A stretch of DNA of 64,000 bases. Origin: Schizochytrium sp. TIO01. Its lineage: Eukaryota; Protista; Bigyra: Labyrinthulomycetes. The stretch lies in the NCBI GenBank assembly GCA_004764695.1, contig SMSO01000005.1, positions 992,001-1,056,000 of the forward strand, given 5' to 3'. Below, piece by piece: positions 44,340-55,756 of this stretch. The notes beneath the pieces were generated by a model, which was not told where the DNA came from, searched no databases, and saw only the letters and a list, made by a program, of their open reading frames with translations. Every line of letters begins with the position of its first letter. Positions within the stretch are counted from its first letter, which is position 1. The translations under genes were made by a program, and so were the position numbers.

Positions 44340-45033
44340 ATCGGTGTTGCTGGCGATAAAATGGATGTAGTCGTAAATGAGCTCAAAATTGATGCGTGAA
44401 AAGGACAAAGGACTTAGTTACCCCTGCAAGCTTGTTAGAAGATGATGGTCTCGTTTATTGTGCCAAATTTGTAAAATTACATTTAATTATTAGAAACTTG
44501 CCTCTCAGTGTTTATCTCGTGTTCCCACATATATACCATAATACTGAATACATTCTGGTGGGGAGGACGTGGGTTATGGACCAGCCACTCTCAGCGATGT
44601 ACCTTGAAACCTAGTAACAGCATATGATGATTATAACGTTCTCCGATTACTAGACCGTATCCAACTTGGGTCTGTTTATTCCTTTTAAAATGTTGTAGCC
44701 TCCTCTGAAGCTCGCGTCTAAGAATTAATAGATGTGCTAGAATATCTTACTTCAGCGTATACGATAACTCAGGGCTTAGAAGGATGATTTAATTCAATTT
44801 CTTTCAACCTTTTTAGTATATGACCAAGTTTCCCTTTTGTTTTGTTTTTTTGTGTGCAAAAATAATGAATACATTCAAGATAATCTTGCTGAAGGTTTCC
44901 TCAAACCTGACACCTTAGTTTGTCTAAAAATGGGAAGATAATTGGGGTGTTAAAGATACGCATAGAGTTTAAACAAGGAATAAGAAACCGCAGATATACA
45001 GCAGGAAGGAATGCGGAAGATCTGACTATATGC

Positions 45034-46155
45034 TTACTTCCTCTTAGGCTTCACAGGGCGGATGAGGCCCTCCTGCAGAGTTGTGCATACCAAATCACCA
45101 GAGACAGCATCAAAGATTTCCCCAGACACGAACCCACGTGCATTGGCGGCCACTGGAGAGGTTTGCTCGAACAAAATCCAATCGTCGAAAGTAAAAGGCT
45201 TGTGAAAATGCATGGAGTGAGTAAGCGAGGCTGCCATGACGGATTTGGACCATACCGTGGCTTTGTGGGGAAGAAGGGAGGTCCCTAAAAACCCGAAATC
45301 CACCATGAATGCCAACATCGACTGCGCAAGCTGAGTGTCGGTAAGCTCATTTCGCAAGCTTGCATCTCCAGGAAGTTCTTCGTTCATCAGATTTGCAGCA
45401 AACGATTTTTTAGCCTCCTCCAGTGACCCATTTGTTTTAAACCAACTGTACTGGTGTGGGTCAATGCCCTCATCAGCATCAAGAATGCTTCGGACTAAAC
45501 CAGGCCGCACATGTACAGGCTGTTCTTCTCCAAACATTACGTACTGAACCTGCGTTGGAATTACCTTATCAAGAGGTTTGTGAAGTTCCTTGGCAAGAGC
45601 TTCATAGCGCGGGCGATTGGGGCCAAGCTTATCTGGATGCACATAGTGCTCATCGGTAAGCTTAGAGCTCGCAGATGGCATCGGATTTGCCTGGTGTTCA
45701 TATCCAGGTTCCTCGACGTGGTAATTCACGAGCATATCAAGGATGTCGCCATGGTCCTGGTAAGCTCTCACACGTCGACTAGCAAAGCTACGCCCATTAC
45801 GAACATGTTCAACAGCAAACCTTGGCAATTCGTCGCATGTACCTTCCCGTACGAACATGCAGCTCATCCAGTGCGCATCCATGGATTCGTCCACAGTCAA
45901 GGATGCCGCAGAGAGAGCCTGAGCCATGGCTTGGCCTCCAAAAAGCCTACCCCAGCCAAAATCCTGGTTACTGCGGCCCTCAAATATATCAACAACGCGG
46001 GAGTGAGAAGTAGTCGCTCTTGGTCCGGGCGAGACGTCCTCATGACGCTCAATTGGCTTCACTGTCAGATGAGCAAGGAAATCCACCAGAGAAAGATCCT
46101 TAAAGCTGCCAGCAATGCTGCTACCGAGCTTGTTCGCGAGCTTCATTTGAGACAT
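45034..46155 (-). CDS. Acyl-CoA thioesterase II (TesB/ACOT8, double hotdog)
   Basis: RLFGGQAMAQAL.AA, RNGRSFASRRV.A.Q, SLTHSMHFH and QEGLIR. First ATG 46155. Confidence 0.92.
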   Translation of the reverse strand: MSQMKLANKLGSSIAGSFKDLSLVDFLAHLTVKPIERHEDVSPGPRATTSHSRVVDIFEGRSNQDFGWGRLFGGQAMAQALSAASLTVDESMDAHWMSCMFVREGTCDELPRFAVEHVRNGRSFASRRVRAYQDHGDILDMLVNYHVEEPGYEHQANPMPSASSKLTDEHYVHPDKLGPNRPRYEALAKELHKPLDKVIPTQVQYVMFGEEQPVHVRPGLVRSILDADEGIDPHQYSWFKTNGSLEEAKKSFAANLMNEELPGDASLRNELTDTQLAQSMLAFMVDFGFLGTSLLPHKATVWSKSVMAASLTHSMHFHKPFTFDDWILFEQTSPVAANARGFVSGEIFDAVSGDLVCTTLQEGLIRPVKPKRK

Positions 46156-47117
46156 GACTCCAGAATATACAGCAAATGTGAAGCGTTGTTGCAGCTCGAA
46201 CACGCGTTCAAGGACTGGTCTCTTTTCGTTTCCTGAGCACTGAGAATCACCGTGATAATTGAATGATTCACTGAATTACTTTTAATTAACACGATCTTTT
46301 CAATATAAGAGCGCATTTTTGCAAAAGACCGGAAGCACACGCTCCTTTCTTCTTCGCGTGTAGTGCATAAAAGGACACAACTGTCGAGACAGGAAGAAGA
46401 ATAAACTCATGAACTTTTAGTCTTCCGAGGGCGCAAGGTATCTTAAAGCGTTTCGAGACAGCTCACATGGCTCTTGAGGATTTTGGTGCTTTCTTGCAAA
46501 CATGAGCGGACTAAATAGTCGTCGTCATCATTATTAGACACTTTCATATTACTAGTTAGGATCATATAATAGTTATTGGTCTAGCTAAATACTAAACATC
46601 CAACAACAGTGCTGATGCCAACAAAGCAGGATCACAGGTGAAATCGAGACTTGAAAACCAGAGATAGAGCGGGACATATGGGGGTTCGACGCAGCTTGCT
46701 TATTTAAGCGGATTAACCTTACCTAAGTTGCAGCTGCCTAGTTTCTCCATTCAACAGCTTGAGGGACCTCTTATTAGATATTGCGACCTTCATGATTTTC
46801 TTCTCGTTTCGGCAGCTCTCCATTTTGCGTCACATCTTTTCCATCTTGAGGAAATAATCAAACTTGACCAATTGTTTTCGGGGAGGGGGGGGGCCTAGGT
46901 AGGTATGCAGTTAGAGAGTATGGAAGCGTGGAAAAAGTACTCATGCTGGGGAATATCTTGGACATCTATTTTGAAATCTTGAGTTAACATTACTGAAAAG
47001 CAATGACATCTGTGCTCTAAAATTTCATAGTTCTTCTTATGATCTAAAATGAATAATTAGCTTTACACCTTCAAACGTCCAAGTTGATCGCTTAGGGTGT
47101 TATCTGAAGTATTGCCG

Positions 47118-48060
47118 AGATCTCCAATCGAAGGAACTAGTGGACAAGACACTGCTAGAGTTCTCGGCATCCCTTTGTAAAGACCCTCAATTATACAGGG
47201 CTCGCAGTCGAGTGGAATTAGGTAACCAGACCTGCACGGTTGAGAAGTTAAGAACCAAAAGTGTGATGACACAATCAAGTATGGTGTAATTTGAATTAAT
47301 AATTGAAGAGTTGAGTTAATATAGACCCGCCTACTCTGTATAACAAGGTTCAAGAATGCAATAGTTTCCTAATTTCTACATGAACCAGTCTGCGTTGAGA
47401 TTCGATTCCCAGGACAGCAGTTCGCTGACTCCTCACACGGACCTTTTTTAATCCTTCATCACACGACTCTTCCCTTATTCTTCATAGTCGACCTCCAGCT
47501 GACCAAATTCATCTCTCGGCAAGTATTTAAATAGTTTTTAAGAAGATGAGGCAAGTTCTTTGCATTTATGTAAAAAAAATAAGGATAATTACGTTATCGC
47601 TTGTTCTGTGCATTTCTATTTTTGATAATTCAAGGCTTTTTAATAGGATTCAGACCTGTTCTGCCCTGTGCAGTGAGCCTTTTCATCGGTGACCTCAGCC
47701 TAGTTCCGGATCGCTGCGATCTCCAATCGAAGGAACTAATGGACAAGACTTTGCCAGAGTCCTAAGCGCTCCATTTTAAGACCTCGAAGTGTTAGTACTT
47801 ACTTAGAACTAAACAACCATACTTTCGTGGTTGCGAGTCCATGATATGAAAGTGTACATAAACACTCGCTAGAATCAAATATGGCGGAATGAAAATTGAT
47901 GGTTGAAGAGACGAGTTAACCTAAACTCGTCAATTATCTATAAACAGTACCCTAATCACAACATAAGTTAGGCCTTGACATTGGATTCCTAGGATAACAG
48001 ATTGCCAACTCTTAAAACCTCCCCAAGTATCTTGCCTTATCTTGATAGTCAACCTTCGAA
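47118..48060 (+). pseudogene. Two diverged tandem copies (~600-bp spacing) of a decayed coding sequence, possibly LRR
   Basis: GATCTCCAATCGAAGGAACTA.TGGACAAGAC at 47118 and 47718, with further colinear matches (TTGAAGAG..GAGTTAA, GATTCC.AGGA, CCTTAT..T..ATAGTC.ACCT). Many stops. Confidence 0.55.
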
Positions 48061-51000
48061 TTCATCTTTTAGCACATATGTTTTTATGAAACGATATTCG
48101 ATTTTATTTCTTAATTGACACAATATTATTTGAAGCTACTGTATTCGGGTTGAGTCGTTGAAGGTATTCAAAATCAGAGCTTGTAATGTACAATATTGAG
48201 CTAAGAGAGTTGCAGGCAAAACTCATTCGTGCCAGTACGAGCTTCAAGGAGGTTAGCAGTTCAAGCATAGAATGCAATTAAATATTGTACTTTAAGATAT
48301 ATTCTCAAAATTCATGTTATTTTATTCGATACGAAGAACTAAAGAATAATATCTGGGTCACTAGCACTGCATATCTTTCAAGTTACTCAATCACACGATA
48401 GTAAGTGTACGTGAACGATCTCTTCTGGCAATGTAAAAACCACACATTTTTGGCCTTGACAAATATCTGGCAAACCCCGTACAGATTATCACAGACGAGC
48501 ATTACTGCGATGATGCATAATTCATACAACCGCCCTTTTCATATTTAAACTTACCATTAGTCGTGAAATATCTTCTGAGCAATTCTAAAATTTCCCTCAT
48601 CATTGGGAAAAAAACCAAAAAACTAACAAAGTTTGAAATAACAAATTGGCATAGCAGGCCTCAGCGTTTCGTCCCCCCTTTTGTTCTCTGATCTCATGAC
48701 AGTATCCTCCACACTACATTGGTAAGCTCATTTCAACGTTGTCTTTCATCAGTTATTCTCTCATCAGCTACACCCGAAGTCCATTTTTGCAAATCTCTGG
48801 TAAATATGAATAACGATGAGGAAAATTTAGTCTAACGAGGTATTTCGAGCTCATAAATATACAAAAAAGTCCCATTTGGGAATTATAACTTGATTGTGGC
48901 TCTCTACACTAGATCTCATTGTATTTTGATAAACCCTAACAAACGTATCCGAATCAACAATCTATAATGACATTATGAGTTGGAAAGCGCAAAAACATAA
49001 ATTTGCAAAGACGCCATGGTTTGCAGATTCAAACAGCATATTGTCTTAGATATCTTGGGGTAAATAGAAAAAAGAAGATCCATTCAGAGTTTTTGCAGAT
49101 TTAAGAGAGCAATTCCCGAAAAGCACCTATTTGGATAAATAACCCAAGTCAAAGCAAACACTGACAGTCAAATTTGAAATCTTCTTCATGGGAGCCGCGG
49201 TGCACTATGGGCACTTCCAAAACGCCTAATCATAGAGTTGGCTCCTGAACACGATCGGGTTACTTAAACTTCAAGTTGGATATTCGAGACCACTTCTTTT
49301 CTTAACATCATCATAGGTCTCTCAACCCATTTGCGTAAGTCTTAGATTTTCAACCTGTTGTTTGAACCAGCGCGATCTGCTGGGTAGAAGGTACCTGGCA
49401 GGTATTAGCATGGAGGTACTCATGGTGATAGTAAGTAGTATCATTCAACAGATTGTGTTTTCCAGCCAAAGAGCCAGGCCAGTATGGTTCTTCTTTCTTA
49501 CCAAAAAAAACACACCCACTAGTGATGTAGCACAACTTATTAGATCGCTTAGGCAGTTTTGCAGTTAAAGTTTGCAGTCGAGCCACACGAAGGAGTAGGT
49601 AGCACTCAGGATGTAGTAGTAGTACTTCTAAGATGATGAAGTGTTGAACCACATTCGATCAATCCTTCCGTCAGATAAACTTGAGTTTAGTACACCTTGT
49701 TGTAACCTTTACTGCTAATAAGCTGGAGTTACTCTTCCTAATAGTGCTATACGGCTAACTGTTACTATATACGGTTGCTAGTGGTTGTCTGGGCACGTGA
49801 ATGCCCAGGTAGGTATTATTTGTAGTTCCAAAGCTCAACAGCCAAGCTGTCGTGGACATCTTGAAGTTCAGAAAAATGTTAATTATGATAGTTGAAGAAG
49901 CCTGTTTTGCACTTTATAATCGAACATGAGCTTAAAATTGAACTACGGAAATGGGCGTGCGCCGGTCAATAGGAGGGCTTGTGGGTGCAAGAGAAATTTT
50001 GTAATTATTCAGTGTCGTCACTCAAGTCCGACTTGTAATGTGTGTACTATGTCATAAGAAAGGGTATTGTCTTAGGATTCTATCATGAATCCAAGTTTGC
50101 TTAAAATTAAAAGAGAGAGAGAGATTACCTCGATCTTGACGAACTATCAGAAATATGATTTTTAACATCTTGAACCCAGACCCTATTCAATGCTTTGTAC
50201 TCCTCGATGTTGCAGACCTGAGTCTTGGAAGCGACTAAGCGCGTAATGGTAAGTAGGCAGACTGAAGAATTCGGATGAAGAAACGACTCAGTGTGTCTTC
50301 TTCCCTTTAGAACCGGATGGAGCTTGCTGAGATCAAATCTTCAAGAAGTTTATTATTACCATTCCATCTGTGTACGTGTCCAGGTATAGTATAAAAGCTG
50401 AGTACTGCTAGTAGTTTATGTATGGATTACATCTTCGTGAAACGTTTATTCTAGAGCAAGAACTCTTATTGTTAACCTTCTCTTCCGCCTACTAGCTGGA
50501 CCATATTGTTTGGAGATCTACTAGGTTCTGATCGATCATTAGCAGCTCCGTCCTGGGTGCAGGGCGCATGAGATGTACCCGTGTGTTTGTTTTCCACTTG
50601 AGTTCTACCATGCTCGAGTCGAGTGAATTAAAGATATATATAGCTTCTGACTGGGGAGGGTGTCAGGCTCAGGGATCTTCAACGAAGATGCTGCAAAATC
50701 CTCAAAACTCTGATTGATCTACAAAGTCTGTCGCCACACTGACCGAGACGGACCACCGGGCGCTTGGAAGGCCCCGCAGAACTCCGCAAGCAAGCTTATG
50801 ATATTTGGCGAAGCCAGCCGTCCTCGCTCGACCACCGCTCGTGAAAACCGCAATTTTCTTAGTCTTGCGCACCTTGGAAATTACACTTTTATGTTTAGTT
50901 TTATACTTATTTAAATTAGTCAAAAAATTAAAAGCAGAAAATAAGAAATTAAAATGTCATCCCTTCCTACAAGATGCATCCATGACATATATAAAACTCC

Positions 51001-51898
51001 CCCAACTTGAAAGTACTTTTAAAAGGTTAATTTCGAATTAAACTATAATACCTGTATAAATGAATGGGGAAACAAAATGCTATCCCGTCTTAAAGTGAAG
51101 TTCAATCTGACTTAAATAGCTAACAGCTCGAACAAGGCGCACACTGTCGGATTCAAGCCATTCTTGCCTTGTGCACACCTCTTACACACACGCGTTGATT
51201 CATTCATTTTAAATCGTCCTTCAAAACATGATGAGTGATAAACATTATTCAGGTGTCTACTGCTATCAATATAGGCAGGCCCTTGTGGTACGTAAACTTC
51301 CGTTTTCTTAGAATTAAAAAAGAAAAGAAAAGATAAATAAAACCAAATAAAACTAGAAATCGTTTGGGAAGGGCCTCTCATGCTAGAGACCCTCATATCA
51401 ACGCTTGCCCGGAGAATTGCTGCTCACAAACCAGTAAGGCGACCTCGCTTTCCCAGCGAGAAGCTGGGAATCTGGAAAGTCGTCTTATACTCTGCTCTTG
51501 GTGCATGCCTGCCATTGCAAAATGCGCGAAGAAACCACTGAGTGATGGTTCTTGGTTGCTAAAACTTTTATCTATTTCAATCTAACCTGAATTGAATCTA
51601 GCTAGGAAATACTGCGGCAGAGCTAGCTAGCTAGCTACCCCTAGCCCTTACCTAGCCCAACACCTTCACCAGAGGAACCTCAGAATCAAAATGTTTTGAA
51701 ACTACAAAAAGAAAAAGAAAAAGAAAAAGTGCGGCCTCTCATTCATTCAATGACGCCAGTCACCATCACAACGAAAACGAAAACGTACCAGATCCCTAGT
51801 GCCCATATAGCAGCCCCACTAGGACTCGCGCCAAGCCCCGTCACGTGCTGACCCCGCAAGTAGATAGATAGGTAGATGGATACATACATTGTACATTT

Positions 51899-52037
51899 AT
51901 AGATTTATAGATTTATAGATTTATAGATTTATAGATTTATAGATTTATAGATGGATAGATTTATACATTTGTACATTTATAGATTTATAGATTTATAGAT
52001 TTATAGATTTATAGATTTATAGATGGATAGATTTATA
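51899..52037. repeat. (ATAGATTT)n octamer array in two blocks
   Basis: Direct reading; each block is preceded by TGTACATTT. Confidence 0.93.
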
Positions 52038-53036
52038 GTTAGGTAGATAGAGAAGAGGTGCCGCTTTGCGTACTATGGTTAGTCTGCGTTTTTCCCTTTG
52101 CCCAAAGCCGACTTTCTCCACGTTCACGTCGAAGGAGTTGAGGTCATGGAGGCGGTCCATTGCCAAGGCTCAGCGGCGGCGCGGCGGCGCTGGAGCCGCA
52201 CCGACTCGACTCAATTCAATTCAATTCAATCTAAGTCAAGTCCAGTCCAGCCCAGTCGAAGCGGCGCAACCAACCGCCGCCTGCTGAAGAGGCGGAGCCC
52301 GAAGAGCGCCAATAAGCTGCTGCAGCAGCTCTGCGTCTCCCTCCCTCCCGAGGGGACCCGAACTGGCGCCGCAGAGGCCCATCTCGGCGCGACGAGGGAA
52401 GGGGCCCAGTGGATGCGGAGCCGCGCTCGCGGCGGAGGACCGCGCGAGCGGGATCGACCAATCCTCCTCCTCCGTCACGGGTTTCTCGCAGCGGACTTGG
52501 CGGACCTTGGAGCGCTAACTTCGATGGTTCTCGCAAATTGCACATTGCACATTGCACATTGCAAACTGCTCAACATCGCAAATTGCAAGTTGCCGCAGAT
52601 GGTGGACTTCGAGCGAGGCTGGCTTGCTTGCCAATTCACGCACGCCGCAGAAAGGAAGGGCGTCGATGATGGCAATGGCAAACGGAGTGGGCTGAGTTCA
52701 GGCAGATGGTCTAATCGAGCGGTTCTGGGATCCAGGATCCGGCTTAGTCAGGGCTTAGGCCTCCCTACTGCGACAAGAAAGAGGCCAAAGGGCCATCCAT
52801 CTTCAAGAACTGCAGTCCGAAGCTTGTGCGCGGTCAGCTGACCGAGGCCGGAGCAAGGCTATTGCCTTCGAGGCAGGTATGGTCTCGCCGAGGGAGGGGT
52901 GGGTATACACGCCTCGCAGACCTCTCTGCGGCGCTGTGTCTCAAGATCCCTGGCGATTTCGGTTCTCCAGTTGAGGGAACTGTGAGGTACTAGGGAGGGA
53001 GTAGGTAGTAGTAGAGGTAGTGGTGGTCGAAGTGCT

Positions 53037-53073
53037 CTACTCTACTCTACTCTACTCTACTCTACTCTACTCT
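53037..53073. repeat. (CTACT)n pentamer repeat
   Basis: Direct reading. Confidence 0.9.
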
Positions 53074-55756
53074 GCAGCTCATAGTACATTTTGGCAGGCA
53101 GGCTGCAAACTTCAAGGGAGGCGAACAAAAGGAAATGCTCGAGTCCCAAGCTTGGGCTTGGTCCTGCGTTTGCAGGAGTCGCACTCGTCGCTGGTGTTCT
53201 CCAAGCCCACCTCGCAAGACGCTTTCGACAGGCGGTGATCCCACCCCAGAAGTTGTTCGATTATTTGAGGTGCTCGCGGTTTTATGGTCTGAGCCTGAAG
53301 CCCTGCAATCTTGAACTGCAGACCTAATCATGGCAGGCATGATGAGTTTTATTGGATGTACATCAGTATCAGGATGAACTTGAAGGTTCGAGTCGTTCTT
53401 TCAGAGTTCTCCATTCTTCTTGCTTTAGCGCTTGATTCTTCTCTCGAGTACCACTACCTCTAGCTAGGTAGTAGGTATTACCTACCTACCTACTTTCGAA
53501 CACACAATCGAGCCGTGAATCCAAATGGTGTGCGCCTCAGTGGGGCACTGGAGACCTCTCAGTGGAGGCAGTCGCAGTGGAGGGGTCTTTCAGCTTAGCA
53601 GTTGTCCTCTCAACCCTCGCTTTATCAATCACCACCGAGCCCATATACTGCACTTGCACGTGCGATGGATGCCTCACAATTCTCCCGCAGTAGGTTTTTT
53701 AATATTTACTTGAAATTATAATTTCATCATAGTTATGAAGTTTGTCGCAGGTTTTCAATCACATAACGAACCGATCATATCACTCAAAAAAAGGATAGTG
53801 GAGGTGAGAGGGGATTTTGGACAGTGGGAAGAACTCTGTGTCTGGACTATTAGACTTTGTCCCGAAGGCCGAGGAGTCCTAGTTTCCTAGTCTTATTTTG
53901 AAAATACTTTGAATGAAAAGAATAGGGGAAAGAAACAGTGAAACAGTGGGTTGCATGTAAATAGAAACAGCCGGGCGGGAGTCCGTCTCGCTCCGCCGCG
54001 ACAGCTCGGCTGGTCTTGGTGCGGCGCAGATCTTACCCACGCCAGCCTCGCGGCACCTCCCCCTGCCCTGTGCCGCCTCCTCACCCGTGCCCTTAACTTT
54101 CTGACGCCCTGAGTGAGATCGGGTTGTGTCCTGTCTTGCTTGACGTCAATTTTCAAAAGTTGTTTCAAACTCATCGAAAGGAAAAAGCCCATCGCGACAT
54201 CCAGCACCCCGGGACCGTGGGAGGCAACCAGGTAATCCTGGGAATCAAAAAAGCGAGCCTACAGCCCAGATTGGCGACTTTACGCCGGCCCCTGGCCTCC
54301 ACGCTCAACGCCGTCTCCGCAGCAGCCTGGTGCGCTTCGGAGAGATCGTTTCCTTTAGGTCCCACTTTAAGGTACTTGGTCCACCACCTGGTCCGGTACG
54401 AGATTACACACCAAGGAGGGAGAGAAGTGCACGCGCGCACACAGGACCTGGTGTATCAGGCGAGGGTCGCTGAGCTCTTTTTGGAGATCACTCAAAGTAT
54501 CTCATTTCATTTCTTTTCTTCTACTACTCTGGTAGGTACCTACCCACCTACCTAGATACATACATACCTAGGCTTGCCGCGATAATTCCCTTTGACTGAG
54601 CTGCTGGGCCCGACTGTCTGATTGATCAATTGATTCTGCTGTTAGACGTCGCGCTCGCTTGCCCATACAGTCTTTTGCGGTCACTTCTCGAACTCACTCC
54701 TTAGTAGGCTTTATTGAAAGTGGGTCTGTCTGTCTCTGATAGGTAGAGAGATAGAGAGATAAGTAAGTGTGTCTGTCTGTCTGTTTGTCTGTCTTTCTTT
54801 CTGGCTGTCTGCGATCTCCGCCGCCGCAGAAGCGAAAAGCCGAGCGAGGGTCCGCAGCTCAGAGCGCCCGCGACCGCGGCGCCGGCTCGCCTGCCGAGAG
54901 CAGCGAGAGCAGCGAGAGCAGCAGCAGGGTACCAGGGCCTCCCGGAGCAGGCACGCCGCGACGCAGAGCTTTGGCACGTGCCGCGACGGCAGCGCTTGCC
55001 TCCTGTCGCTTCCTTTGCCTCGTTGTTTTTTACCTGCTTAGGTTGTGGCCGTTCTTTCATTGCGAAGGACCGTTCCTTTATTTGGGGGTTTCGTACGTTG
55101 ATTGCTTTTTCTAGGCGTTCCATTTTGAGGAAGTCTTCTGTTTTCAGGTGCTTCGTGTGCGCGTGTCGCAGCTACGGGAGGAACGTGGGCAAGCTGGTAT
55201 AATAAGCGGTAGAAAGGAAGGAACGAAGGAAGGGACGAGACGTGGGCGAGGGCTGGAAGCAAGCCGCTTGCTTCTAGCGATAGCTCCCATTGCTGCTGAG
55301 AAATTGTGCAAGAGGCTTTTTGTTTTAGGTCGCACTTTTTTTCTTTTCTTTTCGTTTACTCTTTTTCCTTTTTAGTTTGTGTATCGCGTGTCCTTTTTAC
55401 TCTATTTCTTGGGTTCGTACTTCATTTCCTTTTTCGAACGAGGTGGTTGTGCACGTGCGTGGACGCTGCTCAGCAAGTACGGAGTTCTGACGGGTTGAGT
55501 CGTTTGTGCTTGCGTGAAGGAACAGAAGTAGTCCCCGTACATTATCTCATTTGTCCTTCTGCCTGTCTGCTTCCCTGATTTTTGTTCGGAGCAACAAGGG
55601 TTTCTGCAAGAGAGTTTCTTCGTTTGCATTTGTCTAGCAGAACCAAGCGGAGCTAATTTAATCTCACAACTGCTTTGGGCTTCGCTGTTGTATTAAGTCG
55701 CAGGGAATAAGTCTCGTTGGTGCGAGCAACCCGAAGACAAACTATCACACATAAAG

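Noticed and set aside
51899-52037. Regular repeat array as possible CRISPR
   Set aside because: 8-bp tandem units with no unique spacers and no cas genes.
52066-55200. GC-rich ORFs of 60-247 aa on both strands
   Set aside because: Mostly non-ATG starts, embedded simple repeats and no domains; they look like promoter/UTR or decayed sequence.
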